From: a virus
Lineage: Duplodnaviria; Caudoviricetes
Virus record (IMG/VR): IMGVR_UViG_3300020046_004224
DNA: 64,000 bases
Strand: one strand, 5' to 3'
A program made the position numbers and the translations under genes. The notes below the pieces were generated by a model. The model saw only the letters and a list, made by a program, of their open reading frames with translations. It searched no databases and was not told the DNA's origin. Numbering within the stretch: position 1 is the stretch's first letter; each line of letters begins with the position of its first letter. Below, piece by piece: positions 31,938 to 42,010 of this stretch.

Positions 31938-32753
31938 TTGAATAGAATTTCATATAGACCACTGGTAAATATAAATATGGAAAAAGAACTATTAGAAAAA
32001 TATATCGCAGATGGATTATCACAAAGGGCTATCTCAGAAACAACAGGATTTTCGCGAACGAATGTAAGATATTGGCTACAAAAATATAATTTAAATATGA
32101 GTAACTATAAAAACTACTCAGATGAAGATATTTTGAATATCGTTCCTAACGTAACAAGTATAACTGCACTTCTTTTGCAGTTGGGACTATGTGCTGCCGG
32201 TGGAAATTTTCAAACTATGCGGCGAGCGATCAATAGATTGAAACCTGATACTTCTCATTGGACTGGACATGGTTGGGCTAGCGGTGAAAAACTTAAAGAT
32301 TGGAAAGACTATCATAGTATAAATTCAATCAGAAGAGTTTTATTGAATGAACGCGGCAATAAATGTGAGATGTGTGGCATAACTGAATGGTTGAACAAAC
32401 CGATTAAAATCGATATGCATCACATAGACGGGAATCGTTCAAATAATGAATGTGATAATCTCCAGTTATTATGCCCTAATTGTCATTCATGCACTTTTAA
32501 CTTTCGTTCACACAAAAGCGATAGAAAAGCATACACCGTTATCCCCGATACCGAGATGGATACCATAATAGATGATATATGGAAATTCTCTAAAATAGAA
32601 TTGGCAAAGAGATACAACGTCTGTCCAACAACAATAAAGAATTATTGTTTAATACATAAGATAAAATATCCATCTATAGCATATTGGAATAATTGGAGAA
32701 GTGGAAATTTAGAGAAATGTGAAGAAATAAAAAGAGGCATACTATCTGTTTAG
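31938..32753 (+). CDS. Free-standing HNH endonuclease
   Basis: CEMCG...MHHIDGNRSNNECDNLQLLCPNCHS; HTH-like ends; antisense, convergent on tRNA-Leu. Confidence 0.88.
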   Translation: MNRISYRPLVNINMEKELLEKYIADGLSQRAISETTGFSRTNVRYWLQKYNLNMSNYKNYSDEDILNIVPNVTSITALLLQLGLCAAGGNFQTMRRAINRLKPDTSHWTGHGWASGEKLKDWKDYHSINSIRRVLLNERGNKCEMCGITEWLNKPIKIDMHHIDGNRSNNECDNLQLLCPNCHSCTFNFRSHKSDRKAYTVIPDTEMDTIIDDIWKFSKIELAKRYNVCPTTIKNYCLIHKIKYPSIAYWNNWRSGNLEKCEEIKRGILSV

Positions 32754-32766
32754 TATGCCTCTTTTT
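32729..32766. terminator. Bidirectional terminator between the HNH gene and tRNA-Leu
   Basis: Perfect 16-bp inverted repeat AAAAAGAGGCATACTA / TAGTATGCCTCTTTTT. Confidence 0.8.
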
Positions 32767-32770
32767 AAAT

Positions 32771-32863
32771 TGGTAGCCGTGACTGGATTTGAACCAGCAA
32801 TGTTCACCACTTGGGTACGACATTTTAAGTGTCGTGCGTTTCGACCAATTTCGCCACACGGCC
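32771..32863 (-). tRNA. tRNA-Leu(TAA)
   Basis: CGACA-CTTAAAA-TGTCG anticodon arm, long variable arm, GGTTCAAATCC, CCA. Confidence 0.92.
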
Positions 32864-32891
32864 ATTTTCTACTGAAATTGTTTATTTGGAA

Positions 32892-33215
32892 TTAATTGTC
32901 GTCCCATCCACATCCCATCCGGTCATATTCCTCTCTGACGGCACCGAAACCGCGCTGAGATGGACAGAGATACTCTTCCTGTGCATCCTCATCATCGAGG
33001 ACATCTTCCCCGCGAAGGCGGGCCAATGCACGATTAAAGCCGAAACGTTCAAGAGCCTCTTCATCGGTTTCTTCCTCATCTTCCGATTTCTGATTGTTTT
33101 TCACAACAATATCAGGGCAGATGATTTCAAAAATGGTTTCGTCTTGGGATGGAGATTTCATATGATGTGGATGGATGAGTGGACAGGAAGATACACGATA
33201 ACAAACGAATGTCAA
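32892..33215 (-). CDS. Acidic hypothetical protein
   Basis: True start likely MKSP downstream of promoter 33188-33215. Confidence 0.5.
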   Translation of the reverse strand: MTFVCYRVSSCPLIHPHHMKSPSQDETIFEIICPDIVVKNNQKSEDEEETDEEALERFGFNRALARLRGEDVLDDEDAQEEYLCPSQRGFGAVREEYDRMGCGWDDN

Positions 33216-33532
33216 CCGATAGTATAAGTTTCTCCACGATGCACGGCACTACCCTTGGCAGATTCCGCCATATTTTCCAGATGAATTGCTGGAATAGAAA
33301 CTTTTCCATTCATGTCCGCATCCGCCATAACAAAGCGAGATTCAGTTTTTCCATGAATGCTGACAGAAACAAGTGTGAGTTTTTTGTTCATGATGTGTTT
33401 GATGTGATGGGTGAGATTGCTAGTGTATCAGAAAGGGTTCATGTGTCAACACTATTTTTCGATCAATCGTGATACCAAATATCTTCCGAAACAGCTTTTT
33501 TGTTCGTGAAAAACGTATCTTCGATCTTTTCA

Positions 33533-33808
33533 TTATCCTTGGAATTGAGCATTGTGCGGGTATGTGTCCGATTCCGCCCCTTTTCGATTTTTTTTGACTT
33601 TGGATTTCAATGCCGTATTCTGTTTATTGGCAGAAGAAAACACATTTGCAAACTTGATCATCTCTCTTGCAGACATCGGATGAAGCTCGTAATTTTCCAT
33701 ATCAGATGGATATTTATATCCCCGGCGATGAACATCATATTTGCCATTTTTTTCGGTGACAGTGAAACCAATGTGTTTGAGATGGGAAATAGCTTCGGCA
33801 GTGTTCAT
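33533..33808 (-). CDS. Hypothetical protein
   Basis: 91 aa, promoter-like hexamers immediately upstream. Confidence 0.55.
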   Translation of the reverse strand: MNTAEAISHLKHIGFTVTEKNGKYDVHRRGYKYPSDMENYELHPMSAREMIKFANVFSSANKQNTALKSKVKKNRKGAESDTYPHNAQFQG

Positions 33809-33849
33809 ATGGGATCATATCATATAAGCCGAGGTGATGCAAGTACATA

Positions 33850-33945
33850 AAACAGGAAACCCGAATCAGCTAAGGCACTCAGGCACAAAAATCTGATTCG
33901 GGTTCCTTTCTCCATCCCACCTTTTCCACACAACCAACCACCAAC
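33850..33945 (-). ncRNA. Candidate small RNA between a promoter and a terminator
   Basis: TTGCAT-N16-TAACTT (33951-33978) followed by an ORF-free ~95 nt ending in 12-bp hairpin AACCCGAATCAG/CTGATTCGGGTT and a U-rich tail. Confidence 0.4.
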
Positions 33946-33995
33946 AATAGAAGTTACATGCTATCAGGGTTTATGCAAGTGCTCTTTTTGATGTT

Positions 33996-34352
33996 TTATT
34001 CAGAGTTATTAACTCGAAATGTAGTTTTTTTGATTTCTTCCCATACGGCTGAAATCTTTTCGACAAGACCACGGCACGACAATTCCCATTCAGGATTCAT
34101 CTCACGAATTCGATATGAATAATCAACCAGACACATGTAATCACATGAAAAACTTGCAATAACAATAGTTTGATATTCAACGTCGATGCCCCATGTTCCA
34201 TCATGGAACAATTTCATATAGACTGATCCTTCACCAGAAGGAATGTAATCATCAAGTTGTTTAATCTCTTTAAGAGTAAGTTGAGGAGGAATCGAAGATT
34301 TCATTTCTGTTCTTTTTCGAGTTCGATCTTTGGCTGATAAACGAGACTCCAA
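33996..34352 (-). CDS. Hypothetical protein
   Basis: ORF in run. Confidence 0.5.
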   Translation of the reverse strand: MESRLSAKDRTRKRTEMKSSIPPQLTLKEIKQLDDYIPSGEGSVYMKLFHDGTWGIDVEYQTIVIASFSCDYMCLVDYSYRIREMNPEWELSCRGLVEKISAVWEEIKKTTFRVNNSE

Positions 34353-34473
34353 TCTTTTGATTCACTCATATTCAAATAGGTTTTAGTATTTTCGGGTGTA
34401 AATGGGAATTTATCGCCCGCTTTGTTCATATAGAACTTTTCCCAAACGCCTTGTTTGATCAAATCAGAGATAT

Positions 34474-34752
34474 TCATTTTATGTTCTTTGTAATAGGAGA
34501 TTTTTCGCGTTCAGTTTTTGTGATACCGAGAACTCGGGTTAAAGTACCATCGTTAGATGCATTTATGATTAATGATGCAATGACAAGTGCCCATTGGTCC
34601 GCAGTACCGTGCTCTTCACAAATATTCCATTCTCTGATTTCGGCAACGACCGAATGAATCCCATCATCGCCCGATTTTGCACAAATCTGAAAAACTTTGT
34701 GATTGTTGGCATCTCGTGCAAGATTTAGTGTGAAATTAGTTGGATAGTTCAT
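34474..34752 (-). CDS. Hypothetical protein
   Basis: ORF in run. Confidence 0.55.
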   Translation of the reverse strand: MNYPTNFTLNLARDANNHKVFQICAKSGDDGIHSVVAEIREWNICEEHGTADQWALVIASLIINASNDGTLTRVLGITKTEREKSPITKNIK

Positions 34753-34773
34753 AGATGCATTGATACGACTTCA

Positions 34774-35049
34774 TTAACCATTGTCAACGGCAATTTTCTC
34801 TAAAACCGTCCATCCACGTTTGTATTTTCCGTTCAAATACGGATAAACTCTTTTCGTAGATGATGTATATGCTTCTGTCTGTGCATCTTTTTTCCGATTG
34901 AATGTTCCACAGAAACGGAAATCTCCATTTAGAGTTTTGACAACTTCATCAATCGTTTCGACAAATCCAAATATAACTCTTTGGAATGCATTATCAGGAC
35001 GATTGATAATCTCCCAATTTGTCGGATGAATGTATTTTGGTTTTTTCAT
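34774..35049 (-). CDS. Hypothetical protein
   Basis: ORF in run. Confidence 0.55.
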   Translation of the reverse strand: MKKPKYIHPTNWEIINRPDNAFQRVIFGFVETIDEVVKTLNGDFRFCGTFNRKKDAQTEAYTSSTKRVYPYLNGKYKRGWTVLEKIAVDNG

Positions 35050-35176
35050 AGATTGTCAAGCTCTTCTTCGGAGCTAGTATTCACCGAGATTTTTTCATAT
35101 ATTCTAATTACCATAAAATGTATTTGAATTTATGCAACCAGTGCCTAAAAACTCAATTATCATTTATGAGAATCCA

Positions 35177-35368
35177 TTACCCGATCACCTTCCATCCATT
35201 TTCGACATAATATTCCAATTCGTCATCCGTAACAGCGGCATGATTTATTGCAAACTTATTTTTAATCTTCTTGATTCGCACGATTGGAATGTGCCTAACT
35301 TTATGAAGATCAGTCAAGTATTCTGCATACTTCTTTGTAGATTTCTTAGATGAAGGATATTTTGGCAT
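35177..35368 (-). CDS. Hypothetical protein
   Basis: ORF in run. Confidence 0.5.
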   Translation of the reverse strand: MPKYPSSKKSTKKYAEYLTDLHKVRHIPIVRIKKIKNKFAINHAAVTDDELEYYVENGWKVIG

Positions 35369-35478
35369 ATGGCTTAGTGACCTTTGATAAACTCCACCAT
35401 ACTGCCGTCAAAGATAGACAAGAGTGTATAGATAACACAAAATGCCAATGCAAATATCTTTAAAAGTCGAATCGTCAT

Positions 35479-35736
35479 TTATTTTCGGCATTTAAGTTTC
35501 TTCTGTTTCAGAAGTTTGAAGGTGTAGTTTACCTTATGAAATGCTCCAGGAACTACGAACGCTTCTGTATGACAGTTATGAACGCGACCTTTACCAGGAT
35601 CACACTCACTTAGATAAGTGTAATTACCATGAACAGTATCAGGTTCATTATCTGACACAATCACATGATAACGAGCCTTGGTGCCCCTGTTTTCTGTAAC
35701 CTGATAAACCTTTCCGATTTCGATATTATTTGACAT
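35479..35736 (-). CDS. Hypothetical protein
   Basis: ORF in run. Confidence 0.55.
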   Translation of the reverse strand: MSNNIEIGKVYQVTENRGTKARYHVIVSDNEPDTVHGNYTYLSECDPGKGRVHNCHTEAFVVPGAFHKVNYTFKLLKQKKLKCRK

Positions 35737-35989
35737 GATGTGTGATTGCCCCCATGCGAATGATTTCGATACCCGTTTCCTGTGCCCTGCTCTTCACATC
35801 AGCGAACGATGCACAGATTTCACCATTGAGAACAAACGTTCCCCTACCAGAAGGTTTGACACGGCCAACCGTGCGAGGACGCAGGAAATCTTTCATTTCA
35901 GGATTACGCTTATCTGGCGGGCGAAAGGACCAGTTGAGCTTCTTTTTCAGACGTGGTGTAACAGTGTTGGAACCAAAGATGGATTTCAT
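35726..35989 (-). CDS. Hypothetical protein
   Basis: Downstream of promoter TTGACA-N16-TAAGGT (36027-36054). Confidence 0.55.
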   Translation of the reverse strand: MKSIFGSNTVTPRLKKKLNWSFRPPDKRNPEMKDFLRPRTVGRVKPSGRGTFVLNGEICASFADVKSRAQETGIEIIRMGAITHHVK

Positions 35990-36050
35990 GATGATGGATG
36001 TTTAGTTGATTGTTTCGGAGATGACTACCTTAACAGTTTATGCACTATTG

Positions 36051-36353
36051 TCAATCTTCTTTTACGGTATGAGGCGAGAAATCGAATGGCACCGTTTGAG
36101 AAAATGTGAATTCAACTTCATCACCTTCCGAATCTTTCAGATAAAGAGTATTGTCCTCAAAAACGATATTCTCGTTATTTCCTTGTAGAACCGTAGTCAC
36201 TGCATCCTCGCCATCAACATCCTGAATGAAATCGATTACATCATTATCATAACCGATAACGTAATCAGCATTTCCATAATCTCCCCGAACAATAGGATTT
36301 TGTGATTCGAGGATTTCAACGAAGGTTTGCCATGTAATTTTATTTGTTTTCAT
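36051..36353 (-). CDS. Acidic hypothetical protein
   Basis: ORF in run. Confidence 0.55.
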   Translation of the reverse strand: MKTNKITWQTFVEILESQNPIVRGDYGNADYVIGYDNDVIDFIQDVDGEDAVTTVLQGNNENIVFEDNTLYLKDSEGDEVEFTFSQTVPFDFSPHTVKED

Positions 36354-36496
36354 CGGAAGAATAGATATTTGAGTGCTGCGAGTTTGACTGCTAGACTTAG
36401 CAAGACGGCAATTATAACCAATCCTGCAACGAATGCAACTGCTAATCGTGAACGCCAGTCGATTTTATTTTTCATTTCATTATTCTTTCCAGCATT

Positions 36497-36763
36497 TTAG
36501 CGCATAAGCACTTGCTGCTTGAAGTACCGTTGGCAGCGGTCAATGAACTTCGGGAGATGCTTCTTGACAATGGTCGGAGTCGATTTCAGAACGTCCCCTG
36601 TGATGTATTTATGGGCAGTCGTTTTAGCGAGTGCAATACCTTCGGATTTGTCGAAAACATCAGCGGATTTAGTGTTCAATGCACTCCAACCAATGCGAAC
36701 GAATTCTTCATCATCGCGGAATGCAACGAGCACACCGACTTTATGATTTCGTTTCATCTGCAC
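36497..36763 (-). CDS. Conserved phage hypothetical protein
   Basis: IGWS......D.FDK..GI.LA motif. Confidence 0.55.
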   Translation of the reverse strand: MQMKRNHKVGVLVAFRDDEEFVRIGWSALNTKSADVFDKSEGIALAKTTAHKYITGDVLKSTPTIVKKHLPKFIDRCQRYFKQQVLMR

Positions 36764-36859
36764 TTTTTTACGAGGAGAGATTTCTGTTTTTGATTGTCTG
36801 ATAATCTCTGAGTAAGCATATTATTTGAGGGGTTTGTTAGTTGTTTTTGTTTGAATTTA

Positions 36860-37225
36860 TTACATCTTAAATGGATCGGACGAATCACCATTCTCATCCT
36901 GAATATCATCAGGAAAGGTTTCATGATGCACGGATTCAGCAGATAGTCCGCGCTCAGTGAGGTAAACTGCGGCTTGTTCCTCGCGTGAGAGTGATTTATC
37001 CCGCATATTCATTCGAGTACGCTGGCTTGCGGCCAACCATGCCCGTTCGTTCGGTCCCATTGCATCCGTGTTCGTCTTTGCTGTGGATGGCGCGGGATTG
37101 ATCCGTGCGGATGTGATAGTAATTCCCCGCTTTTCCAACTCAGGGAGAAGCATGTCTAGTGACAAAAGTTGTGCTTCGATTGGCTTTGTAAGTTGGAAAT
37201 TGATGTGAAGAGAGGCGTGTTTCAT
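36860..37225 (-). CDS. Hypothetical protein
   Basis: Directly downstream of the RuvB-like gene. Confidence 0.6.
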   Translation of the reverse strand: MKHASLHINFQLTKPIEAQLLSLDMLLPELEKRGITITSARINPAPSTAKTNTDAMGPNERAWLAASQRTRMNMRDKSLSREEQAAVYLTERGLSAESVHHETFPDDIQDENGDSSDPFKM

Positions 37226-37253
37226 CTTTTATAGAATGTTTGGAGTTGAGTTA

Positions 37254-38243
37254 TTAGATGGCAAACCGGAGTTCTCGGCAATGAGCAATATATCGTTTTC
37301 CTTTCGGTGTCAACTGATAAACACCATTCGATTGCATATCAATAACTTTATAGGATTGCATATATGCTGCTGATTGTGGGAAGATGCCGACCAAATTAGG
37401 AATGCGGGAAAGAATCTGATTTCGATTCTTCGGAGAATCAGCCAACAATGTCAGCATTTGAGTTTCGGGGAGATTGAAACCACCAGGAAACATTTCATTC
37501 TGCTTTAGTGATTCCATCACCATCTCATTAGTGATAACTGTAGTGCTCAAAAGCTGAGACATCGGGAGCAGGCTATCCCTTACAAGATTGACAATAGGAC
37601 GGGCAGTACCGCGCCCACAAGATGCCATACGATCCAGAACATCATCATTATCAACAACCAATCCGTTTTTTTCAAGCAGACTTGAGGTAATAAGACGAAT
37701 TTCATCTTTGTTATAGTGCGAAAGATTGATAGTCATGCACCGGTTTTTAATGGCATCATCCACCTTTGCCGGATGATTTGTCGAAAGAATGATAACCTTA
37801 TTCTTTCGGTCTGGAATGAAAAATTGATCCGCAATCTGAATAGAACGCCCTTCATTTTGACGGTCCAGTGCTTTACGCAAAAGCAATATCAATTTTGCAT
37901 GGGCAACTTTTCCCGGCTCCATTTCATGAACTTCGTCCAGATACAAAACCCATTGCGGCTCATCCATGAGTCTTTGAAAAATTGGATCAAATTCTGTCAG
38001 ATTTCGGATGTCTTTCGGAGAACCAATTTCTGTCAGCATTACGCCCATTTTCTGTGCAATGGCTGATCCGTATGCCCTTGCTAATTCGGTTTTTCCTAGA
38101 CCAGGAGCACCGAGGAACAATGGTTGAGGGAGTTCGGCATTACAATCAAGAGATGCAATGCCCATAGAAAGGGCAGACTTTGCAGTATTTTGACCAACAA
38201 TGTTATCAAATACAGGATGATATTGAGGGGATGTGTTTGGCAT
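37254..38243 (-). CDS. RuvB-like AAA+ ATPase
   Basis: FDNIVGQ, Walker A GAPGLGKT, Walker B LYLDEVH, sensor-II GTAR, winged-helix-like C-terminus (LTPKG). Confidence 0.8.
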   Translation of the reverse strand: MPNTSPQYHPVFDNIVGQNTAKSALSMGIASLDCNAELPQPLFLGAPGLGKTELARAYGSAIAQKMGVMLTEIGSPKDIRNLTEFDPIFQRLMDEPQWVLYLDEVHEMEPGKVAHAKLILLLRKALDRQNEGRSIQIADQFFIPDRKNKVIILSTNHPAKVDDAIKNRCMTINLSHYNKDEIRLITSSLLEKNGLVVDNDDVLDRMASCGRGTARPIVNLVRDSLLPMSQLLSTTVITNEMVMESLKQNEMFPGGFNLPETQMLTLLADSPKNRNQILSRIPNLVGIFPQSAAYMQSYKVIDMQSNGVYQLTPKGKRYIAHCRELRFAI

Positions 38244-38489
38244 GAGGATTCTATGTTACAGTATTATAATCTATTGTCAATGTGTTTCGTTACTCTTTTA
38301 CCAGATTCGATTTGATCCAAGAATTAGAAACAGAATTGTTCTGGCAGCAAATACACCAACCCAAAAGTAACCATCCGAAAAGTTTCAAAAGGTTAGACAC
38401 ATCAACAAACAGAGAAGTGCAATGATCATCGAAAACATCCGTGCAGTCAGGCATCATAATGGTTATATTTGTATTTGTATTTTTACTGT

Positions 38490-38849
38490 TTATGCATCAT
38501 GGTCAGTCTTTTCGGAAAGATCAACGCCTGTGATGTAAACTTCATCTATCAATTCTTCATCTTCTGAAATAGATATTTCCAAATCATCTTCTGCTTCTTG
38601 GTGAATAACCATTCCGATTTCTTTCAATTCGCCAGGATGAACACGATAAACTCTGCCATTATATGTCTCGCCATGACCGATAGAGGTCATAATGTTTCCT
38701 TTTTCAATTTCTTCGATAAGACTTTCAGTAGTCATGTCAATTCCATCATGCAACTTGATGGTTTGTGTAACAGTTCTTTGAACATGGAGTGTGATGTTGT
38801 GGAGATTTTTCATGGGACAGGAATATGGAGCAGTTAACGGGGATGTCAA
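38490..38849 (-). CDS. Hypothetical protein
   Basis: True start likely MKNLH, 8 nt after TTGACA-N16-CATATT. Confidence 0.55.
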   Translation of the reverse strand: MTSPLTAPYSCPMKNLHNITLHVQRTVTQTIKLHDGIDMTTESLIEEIEKGNIMTSIGHGETYNGRVYRVHPGELKEIGMVIHQEAEDDLEISISEDEELIDEVYITGVDLSEKTDHDA

Positions 38850-38960
38850 GACCGTTTTATTAATTATCGACTTTGTTTCGATTCATATAGCCGATTATCA
38901 GCCCAAGAACCGCAACAAGAAACAGATAGAATAATGTGCAAGAAATCATAATCGTTTTAT

Positions 38961-39380
38961 TTATTTTGAATTGAGTACCTTTTTCTTATATTCTTTATAA
39001 AAATGAAGATTCATTCCTAGTAAAAGAAGATTGATAGTTGTCATAACTGCTCCGAAAACAAAGTCATAATTAAACAATGCGATAATCCAAATAATTTCAA
39101 CCGGAACCACAAGGTACAAAGGAATAAGTCTGTTCCTACTCATTAGCGACTTTTGCTGATCTAGTTGATTAGCCTGTTTTTGCCATCGGATAATATTATC
39201 AGCGAACAATGCACACCCACCAAAAAGAGCAAAGAAGAAAATCTTGAATACAAATTCGATACACAAATATACATTTGCAATTGCATACCAACCTTGATCA
39301 GTGGCAACTGATAGATAGTAGAGTGCGGCTAGAATGAGATTGACGACAATCCAAATGAAAAATTGTTTAGAGAGTTTCAT
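38961..39380 (-). CDS. Membrane protein
   Basis: Three to four hydrophobic segments. Confidence 0.6.
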   Translation of the reverse strand: MKLSKQFFIWIVVNLILAALYYLSVATDQGWYAIANVYLCIEFVFKIFFFALFGGCALFADNIIRWQKQANQLDQQKSLMSRNRLIPLYLVVPVEIIWIIALFNYDFVFGAVMTTINLLLLGMNLHFYKEYKKKVLNSK

Positions 39381-39395
39381 ATTTTATTTTTGTGA

Positions 39396-39743
39396 TTAGA
39401 GCCAACCGTAGTAACTGATTTTTTCAAGAATTTCTTGTGGAGTTGTGCAATCAATATGAATATTTCCAAGTTCGATTTCTTTCGGAAATTTAAATTCCGC
39501 AACGATTTTATTTGTACGACTCCATGCTGTATCTCCCCTGTAATTTACCGCGATAGTATCTTTGTGTTTCCATTTGAAAAATTGCATCATCAAACAAGGA
39601 TCAACATTTTCCGAATTCATGGTGAATTCATAATTAAACTTTTTTTCTGGATGTTTCACCAAAAATTCAATCAGATCGTGAATATCGTATGTTGGAACAG
39701 GTTTCATATAGTTAGATTCTTTTTTGACACTCGACACAAACAC
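39396..39743 (-). CDS. Hypothetical protein, possible paralog of 58989-59309
   Basis: TY..DL..F and C...QF..K similarity by eye. Confidence 0.55.
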   Translation of the reverse strand: MFVSSVKKESNYMKPVPTYDIHDLIEFLVKHPEKKFNYEFTMNSENVDPCLMMQFFKWKHKDTIAVNYRGDTAWSRTNKIVAEFKFPKEIELGNIHIDCTTPQEILEKISYYGWL

Positions 39744-39879
39744 CTTGACCGTTGCGGGTAAAGTTTAACTTTCCTGTACAGATACATTCACCAAACACAT
39801 GCTTCAAAAGAAGTCGATATGAGTGACGAAAAAAATGTTTGATTCTTTGGAGAGTTTTCATGGAACACGACAATATTAA

Positions 39880-40131
39880 CTATTTTTGCGGTTTGTCAAC
39901 ACGTCTTTTACGTTCTCTGAATGCAAGAGGATCAGCTTTCAAAATTTCTGCATCAATCATTCTGCCAACTTTTGCAGATATGAAAAATTCTTCTTCACCA
40001 TCACCAAAAACATTCGTTTCAACAGTATGTTCGACATTCGGGATGACTCCTTTGATGCCGTTACGAGTTTCAAAATGATAATCTTTAAAGATTGTTTTCA
40101 TAAAATCTTTCCGATATGAATAGAACCGCAC
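39880..40131 (-). CDS. Hypothetical protein
   Basis: ORF in run. Confidence 0.5.
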   Translation of the reverse strand: MRFYSYRKDFMKTIFKDYHFETRNGIKGVIPNVEHTVETNVFGDGEEEFFISAKVGRMIDAEILKADPLAFRERKRRVDKPQK

Positions 40132-40571
40132 ACATCACAAACATATGCATTGAATTCTTTATCAGGGTATTTCATTCTAAGCCGAAAAAGTGGCGCTGTA
40201 AAGGTCTTCTCTGTATATTTCACCTTTTCGATTCCTGTATCTTCTCGAATATGTGAAAATTCTTTTCGAGAACATTCAGAAAGTTTTGTACATTCATTGA
40301 AAATTTTAAGAATGCTGCGCGCCTCTTCCTCAGAAATAACATGAATGCTAGCGATGGGTACTTGATACGCTATCAGTTCGCGTGTGAAAAATGCATGTCT
40401 GTTATGTTTATATAAAGATATTAATGACGGTTTCTTACCTCTATATCTAATAGTAGATACACGAACAACAGGATACAATTTATCACTATAACCGATAAAT
40501 GGCATGAAACTGGATTTCCTAACCCATTTTCCTTCAAATTTATTTTGTAATTCTTGGATAGTCGAAGACAT
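40098..40571 (-). CDS. Hypothetical protein with C-terminal Zn-finger-like motif
   Basis: AYVCDVCGSIHIG. Confidence 0.6.
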   Translation of the reverse strand: MSSTIQELQNKFEGKWVRKSSFMPFIGYSDKLYPVVRVSTIRYRGKKPSLISLYKHNRHAFFTRELIAYQVPIASIHVISEEEARSILKIFNECTKLSECSRKEFSHIREDTGIEKVKYTEKTFTAPLFRLRMKYPDKEFNAYVCDVCGSIHIGKIL

Positions 40572-40582
40572 ATATCAGATTT

Positions 40583-41119
40583 CTATGCTTTTGTAAACGC
40601 AACTGTGATACTCTGTGATGAATACCTTTGAATGAATTCTTCAAGTGTAAAAACTGTCCAGGCGATATTGTCCCATGATTCTCTGAAATCAATAACTAAA
40701 TCACCAATATTATATTTCGTGGATGGCGAGTCTGGATACTCCCAAGAAGGAATGTATGTTTTAAGTTTATCTTCTACTGTATGCAATCGTAAATTTAATT
40801 CCTCCATCTCCGCATTCCAAATATGATTTCGATCTTTCTTCGGAACATTATTAAAACGTGTGTTTCTTCTTTTTTGAATGGTGTGGCGTTCTTCTACTAA
40901 AGTCTTATATTCAGACGTTTGAAATATTCTCATAGATTCTGTATGATAAAGCTGTGCCAATCTATCATATTCAATCTTTTTGATATTATAGTTTGCTTTC
41001 TTTTCAAGAATCCACAGTTTCAGTTCGTCTTTGGTTAGATCGCAATTGAAAATTTTAATATCGTCCGAACTATAACATCCTTCGATGGAGTATTCGTTAA
41101 CGATAACAAGTGTGTGCAT
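40583..41119 (-). CDS. Hypothetical coiled-coil protein
   Basis: 178 aa ORF. Confidence 0.55.
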   Translation of the reverse strand: MHTLVIVNEYSIEGCYSSDDIKIFNCDLTKDELKLWILEKKANYNIKKIEYDRLAQLYHTESMRIFQTSEYKTLVEERHTIQKRRNTRFNNVPKKDRNHIWNAEMEELNLRLHTVEDKLKTYIPSWEYPDSPSTKYNIGDLVIDFRESWDNIAWTVFTLEEFIQRYSSQSITVAFTKA

Positions 41120-41125
41120 ATATCA

Positions 41126-41329
41126 CTATGCATCTGCCTTGGGATTTATCAAGTACTTTTGAAGAAATTTATTCGTTTCCCGAATGGGAAATTTTGATTC
41201 TGTGTATGCATCCAAAATTCGATCACGTTCTTGATGAATTCCTTTTTGAATATAAAAATCTTTTGAAAGAATGATATAGAATATTGCTGCAAAAAGCACA
41301 ATGACAAAGATGACAATAGGAATAATCAT
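41126..41329 (-). CDS. Small membrane-anchored protein
   Basis: N-terminal hydrophobic helix. Confidence 0.5.
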   Translation of the reverse strand: MIIPIVIFVIVLFAAIFYIILSKDFYIQKGIHQERDRILDAYTESKFPIRETNKFLQKYLINPKADA

Positions 41330-41523
41330 ATTTTTTCAGGATATGCACCATCAGGTTCGGGTATATGTGTTTTGATAAATTCGATTCCTAGTTTTTTGAA
41401 AAGTTCTTGTAAAGGAAATGTTATATCGTCACCGTCTTGCCATGCATAAATCAGTTTACGATTTTCGTCATAAAAACCATTTGATTCGGATTCACCATTT
41501 GTTGCAAAATATATTTTACTCAT
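41326..41523 (-). CDS. Hypothetical protein
   Basis: ATGA overlap with the next gene. Confidence 0.5.
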   Translation of the reverse strand: MSKIYFATNGESESNGFYDENRKLIYAWQDGDDITFPLQELFKKLGIEFIKTHIPEPDGAYPEKI

Positions 41524-41524
41524 A

Positions 41525-41782
41525 TTACGGATATTTTACATATTCATCAAGCTTTTCGCCTATCTTGATACAAATTTGTTCAATTTTGGTGAGAATCTGA
41601 AAGTCATCTACCTGTGCTACCATAAATAAAATCCATGCGAAATATGATAGCCAACAATATTTCGCAGGGGTTGTATCATAACATTTTTTTCGGCTAATGT
41701 AGTTATCAAATTTAATCAAGTGGAGTGCGACAAAAACTCCAAATAGATAAAGTAATATAATGTAAATTAGAAAGGGTATCAT
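41525..41782 (-). CDS. Small membrane protein
   Basis: Two hydrophobic segments. Confidence 0.5.
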   Translation of the reverse strand: MIPFLIYIILLYLFGVFVALHLIKFDNYISRKKCYDTTPAKYCWLSYFAWILFMVAQVDDFQILTKIEQICIKIGEKLDEYVKYP

Positions 41783-41788
41783 AATATT

Positions 41789-41992
41789 TTAAGGGATGGT
41801 AATTACTTCATCTTTAATAATTGTTTCGCGCAGCACTGTTTGATAGGTAGCGCCAGGATTATTAAATTGAAAACGTTTGATAAGTTTTTTAAAGTCGTCG
41901 TACTGAGTTTTAGAATCTTCGAAAGATTCTGTATAACAATTTCTCCACGACTTAGGCGTTTTAAATTGAATGATTATTTCTTTTTTAGGCAT
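41789..41992 (-). CDS. Hypothetical protein
   Basis: ORF in run. Confidence 0.5.
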   Translation of the reverse strand: MPKKEIIIQFKTPKSWRNCYTESFEDSKTQYDDFKKLIKRFQFNNPGATYQTVLRETIIKDEVITIP

Positions 41993-42010
41993 ATAAGATA
42001 GTTGTAAAAC

